Source of the DNA: Lama guanicoe
Lineage: Eukaryota
Length of the DNA stretch: 64,000 bases
NCBI GenBank assembly: GCA_013239625.1
Contig: MU053136.1
Location: 700,017 to 764,016, forward strand
Reading direction: 5' to 3'
Positions within the stretch are counted from its first letter, which is position 1. Each line of letters opens with the position of its first letter. Position numbers and translations under genes: made by a program. Below are positions 50,501-62,875 of the stretch, in pieces. The notes beneath the pieces are model-generated. The model did not search any database and was not told the DNA's origin. It worked only from the letters and a program-made list of their open reading frames with translations.

Positions 50501-51933
50501 GAGTGGGGGTGATGAGAATGGATGAAACTAGTATATAATTTGGAGGTAAAACCACTGAAGAATTTTAATCAGTTAGTCCGTCAAGAAGAATTTATTGTGC
50601 TCTTACTATGTTCCAGGCATAGTGCCAGATGCTGAAGTTATAGTGGTGGACAAGACAGACAAGAAGCCCTTGCCTTCAAAGGGTTTGTGTTCTGGTAGGG
50701 GGAGGAGTTGGGCAATAGACAGAAAGAAATGAATGAAATAATTTTATACACTGGTCAATGCCATGGAAAAGAGAGAACGTAGTAATGCAGTAGAAGACCA
50801 GGGAAGCTGCTTCCTTTTTTTTTTTTAAATTCAATGTTATTGAGGTAAAATTTATATAACAAAATTTCATCCTTTAAGTTGTAAAGTTTGATGAGTTCTG
50901 ACATATGAATACACCTGTGCATCCACCAGCAGTCAAAATACAGAACATCTCTCTCATCCCAGGACGTTCCCCAGTGCCCATTTGCAGTTCATCATCCCTC
51001 CCCTCAGCCCTGGCTCCAGACAGCCTATAATGATCATGATAGTGTTGTTTTGAGGCTACTTACTTTTAAAGAAGATCACTTTTGCTGCCACTGAGGAATG
51101 AATTGGAATGAACTGGATTGGAGGGGACAAGAGAAGCAAGACTAGAGATGACGAGAGAGATGTGATAATACAATTACAGAAATCAGAATAACTGGCATTT
51201 GTTGGACATCTATTCAGTCGCAAGGGCTGTGCCTATTGCTTTCCATATATAATGTACTTAATCTCTGCAGCAAGCCATGTGCGTTTTACAGAGGAGGAAA
51301 CCAAGACTCAAAAAAGTTAAGTAATTTCCATGAATTACACAGCTGACAAATGGCGGGGTCAGGGTTCCAGCCCTTGCAGCTCGCTGTACACCACAATAGC
51401 CAACACACAGTGCTTACTGCATGCCAGGCACTCTTCTAAGCTCTTTAATATTCACAACAAAGAAGGATATTATTATTCAACTTTAATGAGGAAGATTGGA
51501 TAATTACATATCTTAAAGAGTAACTGGCTGAGCAGGTCCTTCTAGTTCCAAATCCTGTTCTTTGAACACATCATTGCTTTATTTCGTCCTGGGGAGCATC
51601 TCTGTGCACGCGCATTTGCAGCAGGGTTTTCGGGCCAGCAGATATGATGTGGTTTGCTTCTGCTTCCATGAACCTTCTGAACCTGTCCTAACCAGCCTTG
51701 CTTGGGCCTCTCTTTGAGCTCTTTCCCTATGAAAAGAGGGAGCCTCTGTCTTCCATGGGCCTCCTTTTCTCCTATGGGACATGCCTGCTTTTCACTTGAG
51801 CCTCAGCTGTCTGCTTGCCAATGAACCTCAACCCAAAAGTGAAGGGAGGTGGGAGGACAGAGCACCATTCAGGGTAAAATGGGGTTGGCTGGTCACTGAG
51901 CTATTGCCTGGCCAGATTGTTTGTGACATTCTT

Positions 51934-52657
51934 TTTTTTTTTTTAACATTTTTTTAATTGAGTTATAGTCATTTTACAATGTTGTGTCAAATTCCAGTGT
52001 AGAGCACAATTTTTCTGTTATACATGAACATTACATATATTATGAACATACATATATTCATTGTCTCATTTTTTTTCACTGTGAGCTACCACAAGATCTT
52101 GTATATATTTCCCTGTGCTGTACAGTATAATCTTGTTTATCTATTCTACATATGCCTGTCAGTATCTATAAATTTTGAACTCCCAGTCTATCTCTTCCTA
52201 CCCCCCTCCCCTTGGCAACCACAAGTTTGTATTCTATGTCTATGAGTCTGTTTCTGTTTTGTATTTATGTTTGGTCTTTTTTTTTTTTAAGATTCCACAT
52301 ATGAGTGATCTCATATGGTATCTTTCTTTCTCTTTCTGGCTTACTTCACTTAGAATGACATTCTCCAGGGACATCCATGTTGCTGTAAATGGTGTTATGT
52401 TGTCAGTTTTTATGGCTGAATAGTATTCCATTTAATAAATATACCACATCTTCTTTATCCAGTCATCCGTTGATGAACATTTAGGCTGTTTCCATGTCTT
52501 GGCTATTGCTAATAGTGCTGCTATGAACATTGGGGAGCAGGTGTCTTTTTGAAGTGGGGTTCCTTCTGGATATATGCCCAGGAGCGGGATTCCTGAGTCA
52601 TATCTTAAGTCTTTTCCTAGTCTTTTGAGGAATCTCCACACTGTTTTCCACAGTGGC
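51934..52657 (-). mobile_element. 5'-truncated young L1 with 17-bp TSD (2 mismatches)
   Basis: TTGTTTGTGACATTCTT 51917-51933 versus TTGTTTAAGACATTCTT 52658-52674; ORF2 C-terminal peptide [11 protein letters not shown]. Confidence 0.88.
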
Positions 52658-53024
52658 TTGTTTAAGACATTCTTGAACAACAACAGTGTAGATACTGCAT
52701 CCAGACCAGTATGAAAGGATACAGAGAATTTTAATGCCAAATTTGGAACAATAGCAAAATGTTCCTTTTGGAATTTCTGACAGAACAGGAGGAGTGAAGA
52801 TTTTAAAAACTGTGCATTTGTTTGATAATCAAAGATAAGTTTCAACCTGGAGATGAATATGAACTGCAAGTAAACACTTTTCAAAGGCAGAATTCAGACT
52901 CCACTCAAGAGTCATTTCAGAGGGCTTTGTAGTAAGAAGAAAAATACCAGCTCTTCCAAGGTTGCCAGGAAAGGAGAGATCTGAATTTCTCCTTCTACTG
53001 AAGGTGGAGGAGGAACCCCCTCCC

Positions 53025-53314
53025 CATGCAATTCTGCTATCTTCTGCGCTGATATCTGGAGAGGCCAGTGATGGGTGAGCCACTTCCAAGACAACCATGA
53101 CTTAATCGTGACATGTGACTCAGGCTTTGGGAAACTGCTGGCCAGGCCGCTGGACCTGTGAGGCTTGAGGGTACTGGCTGAGTATCTGACAGAGAAGGGG
53201 GCCCAGCAGCTGAGGGGCCAGATATCAGATAGGCTGGAGATGGTGACCCTGGATGTCACCAAGACAGCGTTGCTGCAGCTACCCAGTGGGTAAAGGAGTG
53301 TGTGGGAGACCGAA
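53025..53314 (+). pseudogene. Isolated, degenerate RDH16/HSD17B6-family exon 1 relic
   Basis: Encodes CDSGFGKLLARPLDL*GLRVLA...EKGAQQLRGQISDRLEMVTLDVTK with a stop and frameshifts; ends at donor GTATGG; no downstream exons found. Confidence 0.85.
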
Positions 53315-53431
53315 GTATGGTTTAAATACATTTCTCTTAATCTAGATGTCCTATTATTCCAAGTACTGGCCCCACAAGATGACACCAGCCTACTGGTGAG
53401 AGAGAGACACTATCTAGTTATAAAATGTGCT

Positions 53432-54828
53432 CTTTTTTTTAAATTGAGGTATAGTCAGTTACAATGTGTCAATTTCTAGTGTACAGCATAATGTTCCAGT
53501 CAAGCACATGTATACATATATTCATTTTCATATTCTTTTTCATTAAAGGTTGTTACAAGATATTGATTATAGTTCCCTGTACTATATAGAAGAAATTTGT
53601 TTTTTTTTAATCTATTTTTATATATAGTGGCTGACATTTGCAAATCTCAAACTCCTCAGTTTATCCCTTCCCACTCCCTTTCCCCTGGTAACCAAAAGAT
53701 TGTTTACTATGTTTGCGAGGCTGTTTCCATTTTGTAGATGGGTTCATTAATGTCCTTATGTTTTGTTTTGTTTTTTTTAGATTCCACATATGAGTGATAT
53801 CACATGGTATTTTTCTTTCTCTTTCTGGCTTACTTCACTTAGAATGACAATCTCCAGGTCCATCCATGTTTCCACAAATGGCATTCTTTTATTCTTTTTT
53901 GTGGCTGAGTAGTATTCCATTATATAAATATACCACATCTTCTTTATCCAGTCATCTGTTAATGGACATTTAAATTGCTCCTATGTCTTGGCTATTGTAA
54001 ATAGTGCTGCTCTGAACACTGGGGTGCATGTATCTGTTTGAATTAGAGTTCCCTGTAGATATATGCTCAAGAGTAGGATTACTGGATCATAGGGTAAGTC
54101 TGCTTTCAGTTTTTTAAGGAATCTCCATACTGTTTTCTATAATGGCTGTACCAAACTATATTCCCACCAACAGTGTAGGAGGGTTCCCTTTTCTCCACAC
54201 CCTCTCCAGCATTTATCATTTGTGAACTTTTAAATGATGGCCATTCTGACTGGTGTGAGATGATGCCTCATTGTAATTTTAATTTGCATTTCTTTGATAA
54301 CTAGTGATATTGAGCATTTTTTCATGTGCCTATTGGCCATTTGTATATCTTCACTGGAGAAATATTCTTTTAGATCTTCTGTCCATTTTTTGATTGAGTT
54401 GTCTGTTTTTTTGTTATTGAGTTGTATGAGCTGTTTTTGTATTTTGGAAATTAAACTCTTGTCAGTCACAACATTTGCAAATATTTTCTCCCATTCTATA
54501 TGTTATCTTTTTGTTTTATTTATGGTTTACTTTGCTGTGCAAAAGCTTATAAGTTTAATTAGGTCCCATTTGTTAATTTTTGCTTTTGTTTCTATCGCTT
54601 CAGTAGAGTGCCCTAGGAAATCATTGCTACAATTTACATCAGAGACTGTTTTTCCTATGTTCTCTTCAAGGATATTTATGGTGTCTTGTCTTATGTGTAA
54701 GTCTTCAAGGCATTTTGAGCTTATTTTTGTGTATGATGTGAGGGAGTTTTCTACAGCTGTCCAGCTTTCCCAACACCAGTTGTGAAAGAGGCTATTTTTT
54801 CTCCATTCGATATTCTTTACTCCTTTGT
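53432..54828 (-). mobile_element. L1 3' portion, older subfamily
   Basis: Poly-T head; ORF2 remnants ([27 protein letters not shown]...[10 protein letters not shown]). Confidence 0.9.
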
Positions 54829-54946
54829 TAAACATAATTTTTTATGCACTGGAAAACCCCAAAATTTGTGTGATGTGCTTTGCTGCAATATCTGCAATGT
54901 TGTGGTGGTCTGGAACTTGAACCTGCAGTATCTCTGAGGTTTGCCT
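54829..54946 (+). mobile_element. Tigger1-like DNA transposon 3' end
   Basis: aacataattttttatgcactggaaaacc...gtggtctggaacttgaacctgcagtatctctgaggtttgcct. Confidence 0.7.
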
Positions 54947-55179
54947 CCACTAAAAAATACCAGATAGCTATAGAGTGTTTCCAAATTTAATTCAAAATAG
55001 TGATAACTCAGCATTTGATTTACTTGACCATCTGTATACTTAATTCTAAATATTCCTGGACATCTAAGGAGGAAGAAGGAAGTCATTTCCTCCCAGGTAG
55101 TTGCCATTGCCCGGTTGGGTAGCTGAGGTTGCGTGTGGCCCTGAGACCTTGGGGTAAGAATATTTACAGCTGAGGACAT

Positions 55180-55576
55180 TGTCAAAGGACGAAATGAAAA
55201 CAACTTAGTAATGAGTTTAATGTCCTTTATTGAAGGGAAAACAATCCGTGGATCGGGGGAGTGCAGTGGAGCACCGTTCCCAAGAGATTTGGGTCAACGA
55301 TGAGTTTTGCAAAGCATTACAAGTTCCAACGTGGCAACAGGGTATGTTTGGCTGGGGTTGCATATTTGCCCAAAGATCAGTGGATAAGGAAATGAGTACA
55401 GACTCCTGAGCTGGCCTGGTGCTTGGGAGTGGCTGACTGGGTTCACCACGTTTCTGGTCACGTGGAGCATTTACAGAAACAGAAGAGTTCCCTTTGCTGA
55501 TGTACACCCTTCCCACTCCCTGCCCTCCTCCTTGACAGGAGCAGCTCCATCTTGGACCTCGAAGTTTATTTCAACA
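55180..55576. mobile_element. Probable solo ERV LTR
   Basis: TGTCAAA...TTTCAACA termini, flanks ACAT/GCAT (imperfect 4-bp TSD), minus-strand AATAAA near the left end. Confidence 0.55.
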
Positions 55577-55929
55577 GCATCTAGGATGAGTTTTCTCACA
55601 GTGATGGAGGGCAAACATTACTAGAAGGCTCTTTTATGTCCCTATGCCAGATAAGGGGATCTCGCACAATCCCTTGACCCTGCATTTGAACGTGTGACCC
55701 CTAATTTTCACATCTGATTGATGCCTGCAACTCTCACCCACATGGGATCCAGTGAGTCATTTCTGATTATAGTGTAATATGAATAATTTTCATATTCTTC
55801 CTATCTGTAGTGGAACAAATCTTATAGATACAAATCATATATATATACATAGATATATATGACATCTGCTTGGAATCTGTAAAATCTAGGTCTGTCTGAT
55901 ACAAAGTCCAGAATTTGAAGGTCATTCTT

Positions 55930-56367
55930 TTTTTTTTTTTACAATGTTGTGTCAAATTCCAGTGTTCAGCACAATTTTTCAGTCATTCATGGACATATAC
56001 ACACTCATTGTCACATTATTTTCTCTGTGATTTATCATAACATTTTGTGTATATTTCCCTGTGCTATACAGTGTAATCTTGTTTATCTATTCTACAATTT
56101 TGAAATCCCAGTCTATCCCTTCCCACCCTCTACCCCCCTGGTAACCACAAGTCTGTATTCTCTGTCCATGAGTCTTTAGATTCCACATATGAGCGATCTC
56201 ATATGGTATTTTTCGTTCTCTTTCTGGCTTACTTCTCTTAGAATGACATTCTCTAGGAGCATCCATGTTGCTGCAAATGGCATTATGTTGTCAGTTTTTA
56301 TGGCTGAGTAGTATTCCATTGTATAAATATACCACATCTTCTTTATCCAGTCACCTATTGATGGATC
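55930..56367 (-). mobile_element. 5'-truncated young L1 with 13-bp TSD
   Basis: GAAGGTCATTCTT at 55917-55929 and 56368-56380; ORF2 tail peptide WIKKMWYIYTMEYYSAIK. Confidence 0.88.
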
Positions 56368-56468
56368 GAAGGTCATTCTTGTAACAACAGATAACACTTT
56401 GTTTTTTAAGCCAAGGCAAACAAAATAAGTACAAAATTTAAAGTTATTGCAATAAATAATCACTGGTA

Positions 56469-57701
56469 GATGATTTTTGGCCGAGTCTCTAGAAGGGATG
56501 GTATCTGTACTGAGACCAGAAGGATGGGATACCCAGGCTTAGACGCTGAGATCCCTGAGACTTTCTCACTGAAGAGGTGGAGGGCCACTGTCAGAGGCCA
56601 CTGCAATGCCCTTTGGGGGAAGTTCCAGAGATCCTCAGCTGCAGACCCAGGGAATCATCCAAGTGCAGCCAGAGTCGATCCCTGATCCCTGTCGCTGCTT
56701 CACATCCTCCAGTGTCGTGGGAATGTTATGGCGAGGCATCCTGCCTTAGGCTTCACTTTCCAAACCTGTCACTTAATTCCCCCATTGCTTGGCCTCAGAT
56801 TTGTTTTGGGGGGAAATTCAGTGTCTGGCTGCCCATGTCTTTCGGGCCATTGTGTACAGTTGTTTGTATGTCACTTTTCTCTCTGGGTCACACTGGTCTG
56901 GCAAACTTATATATGTACACACACACACACACACAATATCACATACAAACAATATCTCATCTGGCTAAGGTTTTCAAAAATTATGAAGATAATCTGTTTC
57001 ATCAGTTGAAATGAGTTGCAACCAAGATTGTTTGCGCTACTGATCTGGCTCTGATGGTTTGGATTCCTTACTGCTGTAGCTGAACTCAGGGAGTTCAGCA
57101 TGTCTATTTACACTAGTGTGACAGCACATTAACAAAGATGGAGCCGTCTGAGTGTATAAAGTGAACTAAAAAGGAAGAAACATGGACATGGATATATTTT
57201 GCAAATATCACATTAATTAAAAAACAAGTATGACTGATTTTTATTGCTTTAAAGTGGGCATTCTTCACTGTTTCCAGACCTCTGTATATATATTTTTATC
57301 TGTTTTGTTTTGTTTTTGCCAAATAAGATGTTACTTTGCTCCTTTGTTGGTAGAGGTTATGTTTATATAAAACCAATCAGGCCCTAAGTGCAAAAAAGTT
57401 CCGTCTTGGTGCTTATCGCTGTTATAATGATTATTTTTGCTTTTCTAACTTTGCTCTTAGGAGCGTAAATGTTTGTAGCTTTATGGTAATGGAAGATTTC
57501 TAGTCACATACTGTCAAAAATTTTTTTACATTGTACACACAAAGAATCTTTTCAGAGTTAAGTGACTGGTGTTAATGTATATAGAGTAGAATTATTGCAA
57601 TATTTAAAAATGATTTTTCTCAACGTGGTGTTCTTTTAACTCTTTGAAAAATATATGAAAATGATAAACCTTTAGTCAGAATAATAAACAAACAAACAAT
57701 C
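56469..57701 (+). other. TSD-flanked, A-tailed insert; probable retrocopy of an mRNA 3' UTR (source unknown)
   Basis: AATCACTGGTA at 56458-56468 and 57702-57712; GATAAA at 57663, then a degenerate A-tail aataataaacaaacaaac; AU-rich body. Confidence 0.6.
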
Positions 57702-59879
57702 AATCACTGGTAATTAAACAAGCTTAATTCAACCACGGAGTCCTCCTTTCCTTCTTTTCTCCCCTCTTCTGCAAATCACCACAATCGTATCTTATCATTT
57801 CCCTTGTAAATGTAGACTCCCTAGTTAACTGGCTGTAAGTGGGGAGATGATCTCAGAATTTGGAAATAAAGTTAGAAATAATGTCACTCTCTGAATGTGA
57901 GGTGAGTCACTAGAAGTTACCCTACCCAAGAGATTAGTTTGCTAGTGTCACTGTGAAGCGTTACAAGAAACTAGTGAGTTTTATTTGGGTGAGACAAGTC
58001 CCCAATAAAGCAAGCCTGGAATGTGATTTGTGTACATTACATGCAGACATTACAGAAGCTGCCACAAGAGTATGGCAGGGTTCTGACAGAGGGGTGACAG
58101 GTTCCATGGAGCCTAGGAGAAGACAGCCAAAGAGGAGAGCCATTCCAGATGGTCTGCTGCCCCACCCTGGAGAGAAGCTGCTCTGGCCCTGAGGGCTGCT
58201 GCTGTTCCTCAGGACCCCAAAGTCCTAGGATGTCTCGAGAGAGGGAAGTAACTAAGTGTACTAACTTGTTGGAGATATTCTTTAAAAGCATCTCATTCCT
58301 TTGGCTCTAAAACTATCGTCACTAAACAACCTTCTGATCAATGATAGAGACTCCAGGTGTTCTAGGTCTTACCTAGAATAAACCCTATGATAATGCCCTC
58401 CATAGCTTTAATACCCAGAAATAGTTTCCCCTGGAAACTGGGATCTTGGTTTGTAAATCAGCCTCCTCCCAGAGTTTGATCTTCTTGGGTTACAGCTGGA
58501 ACTGGATATAAGGACCAGCAAAGCAGAAATACAGAACTGACTGAGGGACCCTTTAGCATCAGAGCCCACCAGTGAGGTTCAGCCTGAGGCAGGAGTCCAG
58601 TTTACCTCCCTGCTGACTTTTCTTTGCTGTACTTTGGCTATGAATCTGGTGAATGTAGAATTCAGAATCAGTAGGTTCTGATCTTTTGGTGGAATAAAAC
58701 TAACTTATATGGAAGTAGAAAGGAAAGTTCAGGTAGGGAAGAAGTTGGTGACTGTGTGGCCAACAGAAACACCATCATATAGGGAACTGGTGAGTCTTGT
58801 TGAGGCTTGGGGAATAACTGCTTTCTGTTCATAGCAGAGACAGAAAGAAGATGAGCAGCATTTAAAGTTGCATGTTATTCCTAACACAGCATGCTGTCTG
58901 AGGGGCTGCCCATTTTGACGGTGAAGCACGTGGTGCCTGGAGCTAGCTTATCTAGGATTGAATCCTGGCTCCAACACTTACCACCTATGTAAACTTGGGC
59001 AAGAAACTTAACTTCTCTGTGCCTTGGTTTTCTTAACTGTAAAATGACTTTGAAGATTAAAAGATGATGTGCACAAAATGACTAAAACTATGTCTAACAT
59101 CTAGTAAGATATATTGCCATCTAATCTAATTGTGGAGTAGCTTATTCCTCATGAATTGGTTGGGAAAGAAAGCCAACCAGCAGCTTGTTAAGAAGGTAGC
59201 AATAAAGAATGGAAGAAATGGTTCGCTAACTCTTAAATCTGTAATCTTAGGTGAGTAGTAAAGGGCACAGACTTTGATTTGAGTCCATTCAAACAGGATT
59301 TATTTCCATTAACCAGGAAATGCACCCATCAAGTGCATTACAAACACTAACTCACTTAATTTTCCTTAACAACAGTTTGCTGTTATTAACATTTCCATTC
59401 TACAGATGAAGAACTGAGTGAGAGGAGAACAGGGTTTCAACCCCAGCTGTCAGGCTCCAGAGACATGTAGGATGCTGCCCACCGCCCTTCTTCATTCACA
59501 CAGGATTGCAACTTCAGAGTGGTGAACTCAAGAGGCTGGAGTCCAACGCCAATAAACAGCTCCAGGCAAAACATTCTCTCACCTGCTTGCCTTGTTTAAT
59601 TTTTCCCTTCAGTCAGATTGGGATAAGTCAATGCTTTGGCTTTCTTGACACATTTGGGTTTAAGAATGTGCAGGATTTAATTTTCTTATTAGGATTATAA
59701 AGCTGGGAGAAATAAACCAGCTGGGGTCATCAGGCCATTGCCCTGCCCCAGGTTTGTAGTGAAGCTGTTACCCACCCTCTTGAGTCAGTCTGAGCAATAA
59801 GGATCCTTCTGCCCAGCGTCTTTAGAGCGAACAAGACAAGACTGAGTTTGGTTCAGAAAGTGGAGGGGTTGGAGCTTTT

Positions 59880-60250
59880 CCTCTAGCATGCATGCGCTCC
59901 CGGACAGGCCGAGGGCAGCGAAGCTGTGCGATCTCCCCGCGGGGAGGGGCGGAGCGGCCCCGCCCACAGCTCCGGGCCGCGGGGCGGGGCGCCGCCGCTC
60001 TGCACTCAGCCCGCTGCCGCCATCTTGAGTGGCGGAAGCCGGGCGCGTCTGCGCGCGGCACACGGAGCGAGGGGCCGCGCGTGGGGTCTGTGCACAGTCC
60101 GCCCACGCAGTCTGCCCTCGCCGTCTTGAATTGCAGGTCATGAGCCCACTTCTCCATACGGCCCACCTCCGGCTGCGCTGTCAGACGCAGCCGTTTTGCA
60201 CTAGAAACTCTAGTCTGAGGTGCCGGCTGCAAGGCCTCTGCCCGTGACAC
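59880..60250. promoter_or_regulatory. CpG island with housekeeping-type promoter motifs; no gene assigned
   Basis: GC boxes 59940-59990, YY1 GCCGCCATCTTG 60016-60027, ETS CGGAAG at about 60033, NRF1-like GCATGCGC and TGCGCGC. Confidence 0.7.
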
Positions 60251-62294
60251 CCTCTGCACAAGTGAAACAAGACGAAGCTCAAAGGGCGAAAAAAAAGGTT
60301 AGACTTTATTTTATTATCCAGCTTCTGTTTTTATTTCCTGAATTGTTCATGGGCTTTGCCAGTGACAAAACCACAGTGAGGATAACGGTCACCCTTAGTT
60401 ACCGCAGCCCAAGTAAGGGCTGTAAGCACTTGACGTTTCGTGCTGGTGGCAAATGTATAATAAGAATTAAATTTGGTAGATTCCTGATTAGGCTGTAGTG
60501 TGTTTCGTTTTGAAGATGTGTTACTGGCCTTGGCGAAGTTTCTTCTCCTTTTAGAACTTTTGGAGCTACAGAGATTAAGCTGACTAAGTTCAGTGTTTGT
60601 TAATATGAAGGAGAGGGACTTCTCGAGGCAATTAAAATACCATGTTCCTTCTAGCTCTATTAGAGTAAGTCTGACCTGTGAGAGAGTTAAAGGACAGGGA
60701 CTGTGTATCTTTGTCTCCATGTTCTTAGTACCTAATACCTAGCACATAGTAGGTGCTCAGTTCATGCTTGTTTTGTTTAGTTGAATCTTGGGCTGCCACA
60801 GAAATGTGCTAGGTTAAATGCTCGGCTTGGAGGAATTACACTGAATCTTAGCTGAGATTTTAATAGCAATTGTCTTTGGATGGTGAGATTCTAGTGCCTT
60901 CTATTTTCTTCTTTATCCTTTTGATATTTCCCCCAAACCACAGCTTTAGTCTTTGCAACAGATGGCTACTTACAGAAATAAGAGTACCCTCTCCCTATGT
61001 CATTCCTTTCTAAATTGTCATGTTTGTTTTTACAAGATTTATAATTTTAAAAAAATGATATGGGCACTGATATAAAGAGCTACTGAGGACAACCTTTTGG
61101 ATTCTTTTAGTCAGTTATTGTGGTATTTACTTCTGTTTATCTGAATAACATGCTTACGTTGCTTGTTTTTGATTGGGGTATTTTCCATTGGTTTCTCTAT
61201 GGGGGGTTGAGATGAACCTGTTTTGACACCACTCCGACTCCATCCCCAGGTACATTCCAGTCACCCCCATCCTTGCAGAAATTTGGCCAGATTGATACTC
61301 AGTGTTGGCAGTATGCTGATTTGTGTAAACAATTACTCTTGATGCCTTACACATTTTATTTTCTCTAGAGTTAAAATTACCTTTGCTTAGTTTCTGATGT
61401 GTTACCCCCTAAATTGACCTTTCTCCCTTCTCCCTCTCCACCCCCTGTTTTATAAGTCACCCCCGAATATGTTCAAACATGTTAGGCAGTCTGTACTTTT
61501 ATCTTCCAGCATGATTACTTGGAGCCTCTGGACTAGCTCCAATCTGAGAGCTATTTGCTCACACCGAGGAGTGGGGAACTAAAGAACTATAGATTAGTGT
61601 TCCTTGTCAGTTACCCTATTTGCTATTTTTGCTCTGACTGGACTGTTTCAGTGGATACCTGATATCAGTGTTCTAGGCTGTTTTTAATCCCCCCCTTGCC
61701 TTTGTCAGATTCCCTAGGGAAGTTCCTCCAGTCTCCCACCTGGAGGGCATATGCCTGGCTGCCACCATTTTGGTTGCTAAATACAGGAAGAAGGCTGGGC
61801 CCACCTTCTGTTTTATGAGTCTCTTTAGGTGCATTCCATACACAATATATGTACCCTCAGCTCTGCCAAATGCCTGATCCCACTCTCATCTAGTTACTCA
61901 CTGCTGTATCTTTATATTGTTGTATCTACACCCTCTCTTCCCTGGTGTGAGAGGAACAATTGCTGTACATGTCTGGGAGGGGATTCAATGGTCTGTTTCC
62001 TAAATAGGCTTTCAAACAATCTTTTGCTCAGTCCCTTGTTTACCCCTAATTCCAGAGCTATCTGGTGCTTCAATTTTTGAGCCTTTAGGAACTCTTCAGC
62101 TGAACAGAGTTGCTTCTTAGGTCCCCCATTGCTGGCTTGTTACTCAACATTATCAATTCTGCTAAATCATTCACCTCTTTCCATTTGCTTTCTGTCTTCT
62201 AAAATTGCAGTGCTATAGGAGTCTTCTCATAGCTCTTGTGGTTTTAGTGTCTTATTTTAAAAGGTACTTACTGACATTTTAGTGGATTGAAAAC

Positions 62295-62875
62295 AACCTA
62301 AGAGTCTGCTGATGGATGAATGGATAAAGAAAATGTGATGTATATACACCCATACACGCGTACACACAGCACATAGTGGAATGTTATTTAGCTATTAAAA
62401 AAAGGAGGTCCTGCCATTCATGACAACATGAATGGACCTTGAGAGCATTATGCTAAGTGAAATAAGTCACAGAAAGACGAATACAATATGATATCACTTA
62501 CATGTAGAATCTAAAAAAGCTGAACTCAGAAACAGTAGAATGGTTGTTGCTGGGGGCTAGTGGGGGTGTAGGAAATGGGGAGATGTTTGTCAAAGGGTAC
62601 AAACTTCCACTTACAAGAAGAATAAATGAGGGGAATCTAATGTACAGCATGGTAACTATAGTTAAAAATACTGTATTGTATACTTGAAAGTTGCTAAAAG
62701 TAGATTTAAAATATTCTGACCACACACACAAATGATAATTATGTAAAGTAATGGAGGTGTTAACAAACTTTAGTGGTAATCATTTCACATTATTTACATT
62801 ATTAAATCATGTTATGCACCTTAAATGAACACAGATATATGTAATGAGTTATATCTCATTAAGCTGGAAAAAAAT
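62295..62875 (+). mobile_element. Old L1 (L1M-type) 3' end
   Basis: gatggatgaatggataaagaaaatgtg...atgctaagtgaaataagtc...gggtacaaacttcc...; A-rich end. Confidence 0.8.

Noticed and set aside
53025..53314. Assigning this relic to HSD17B6
   Set aside because: Exon 1 is too similar across RDH16/HSD17B6 paralogues to assign, and it is degenerate with no further exons
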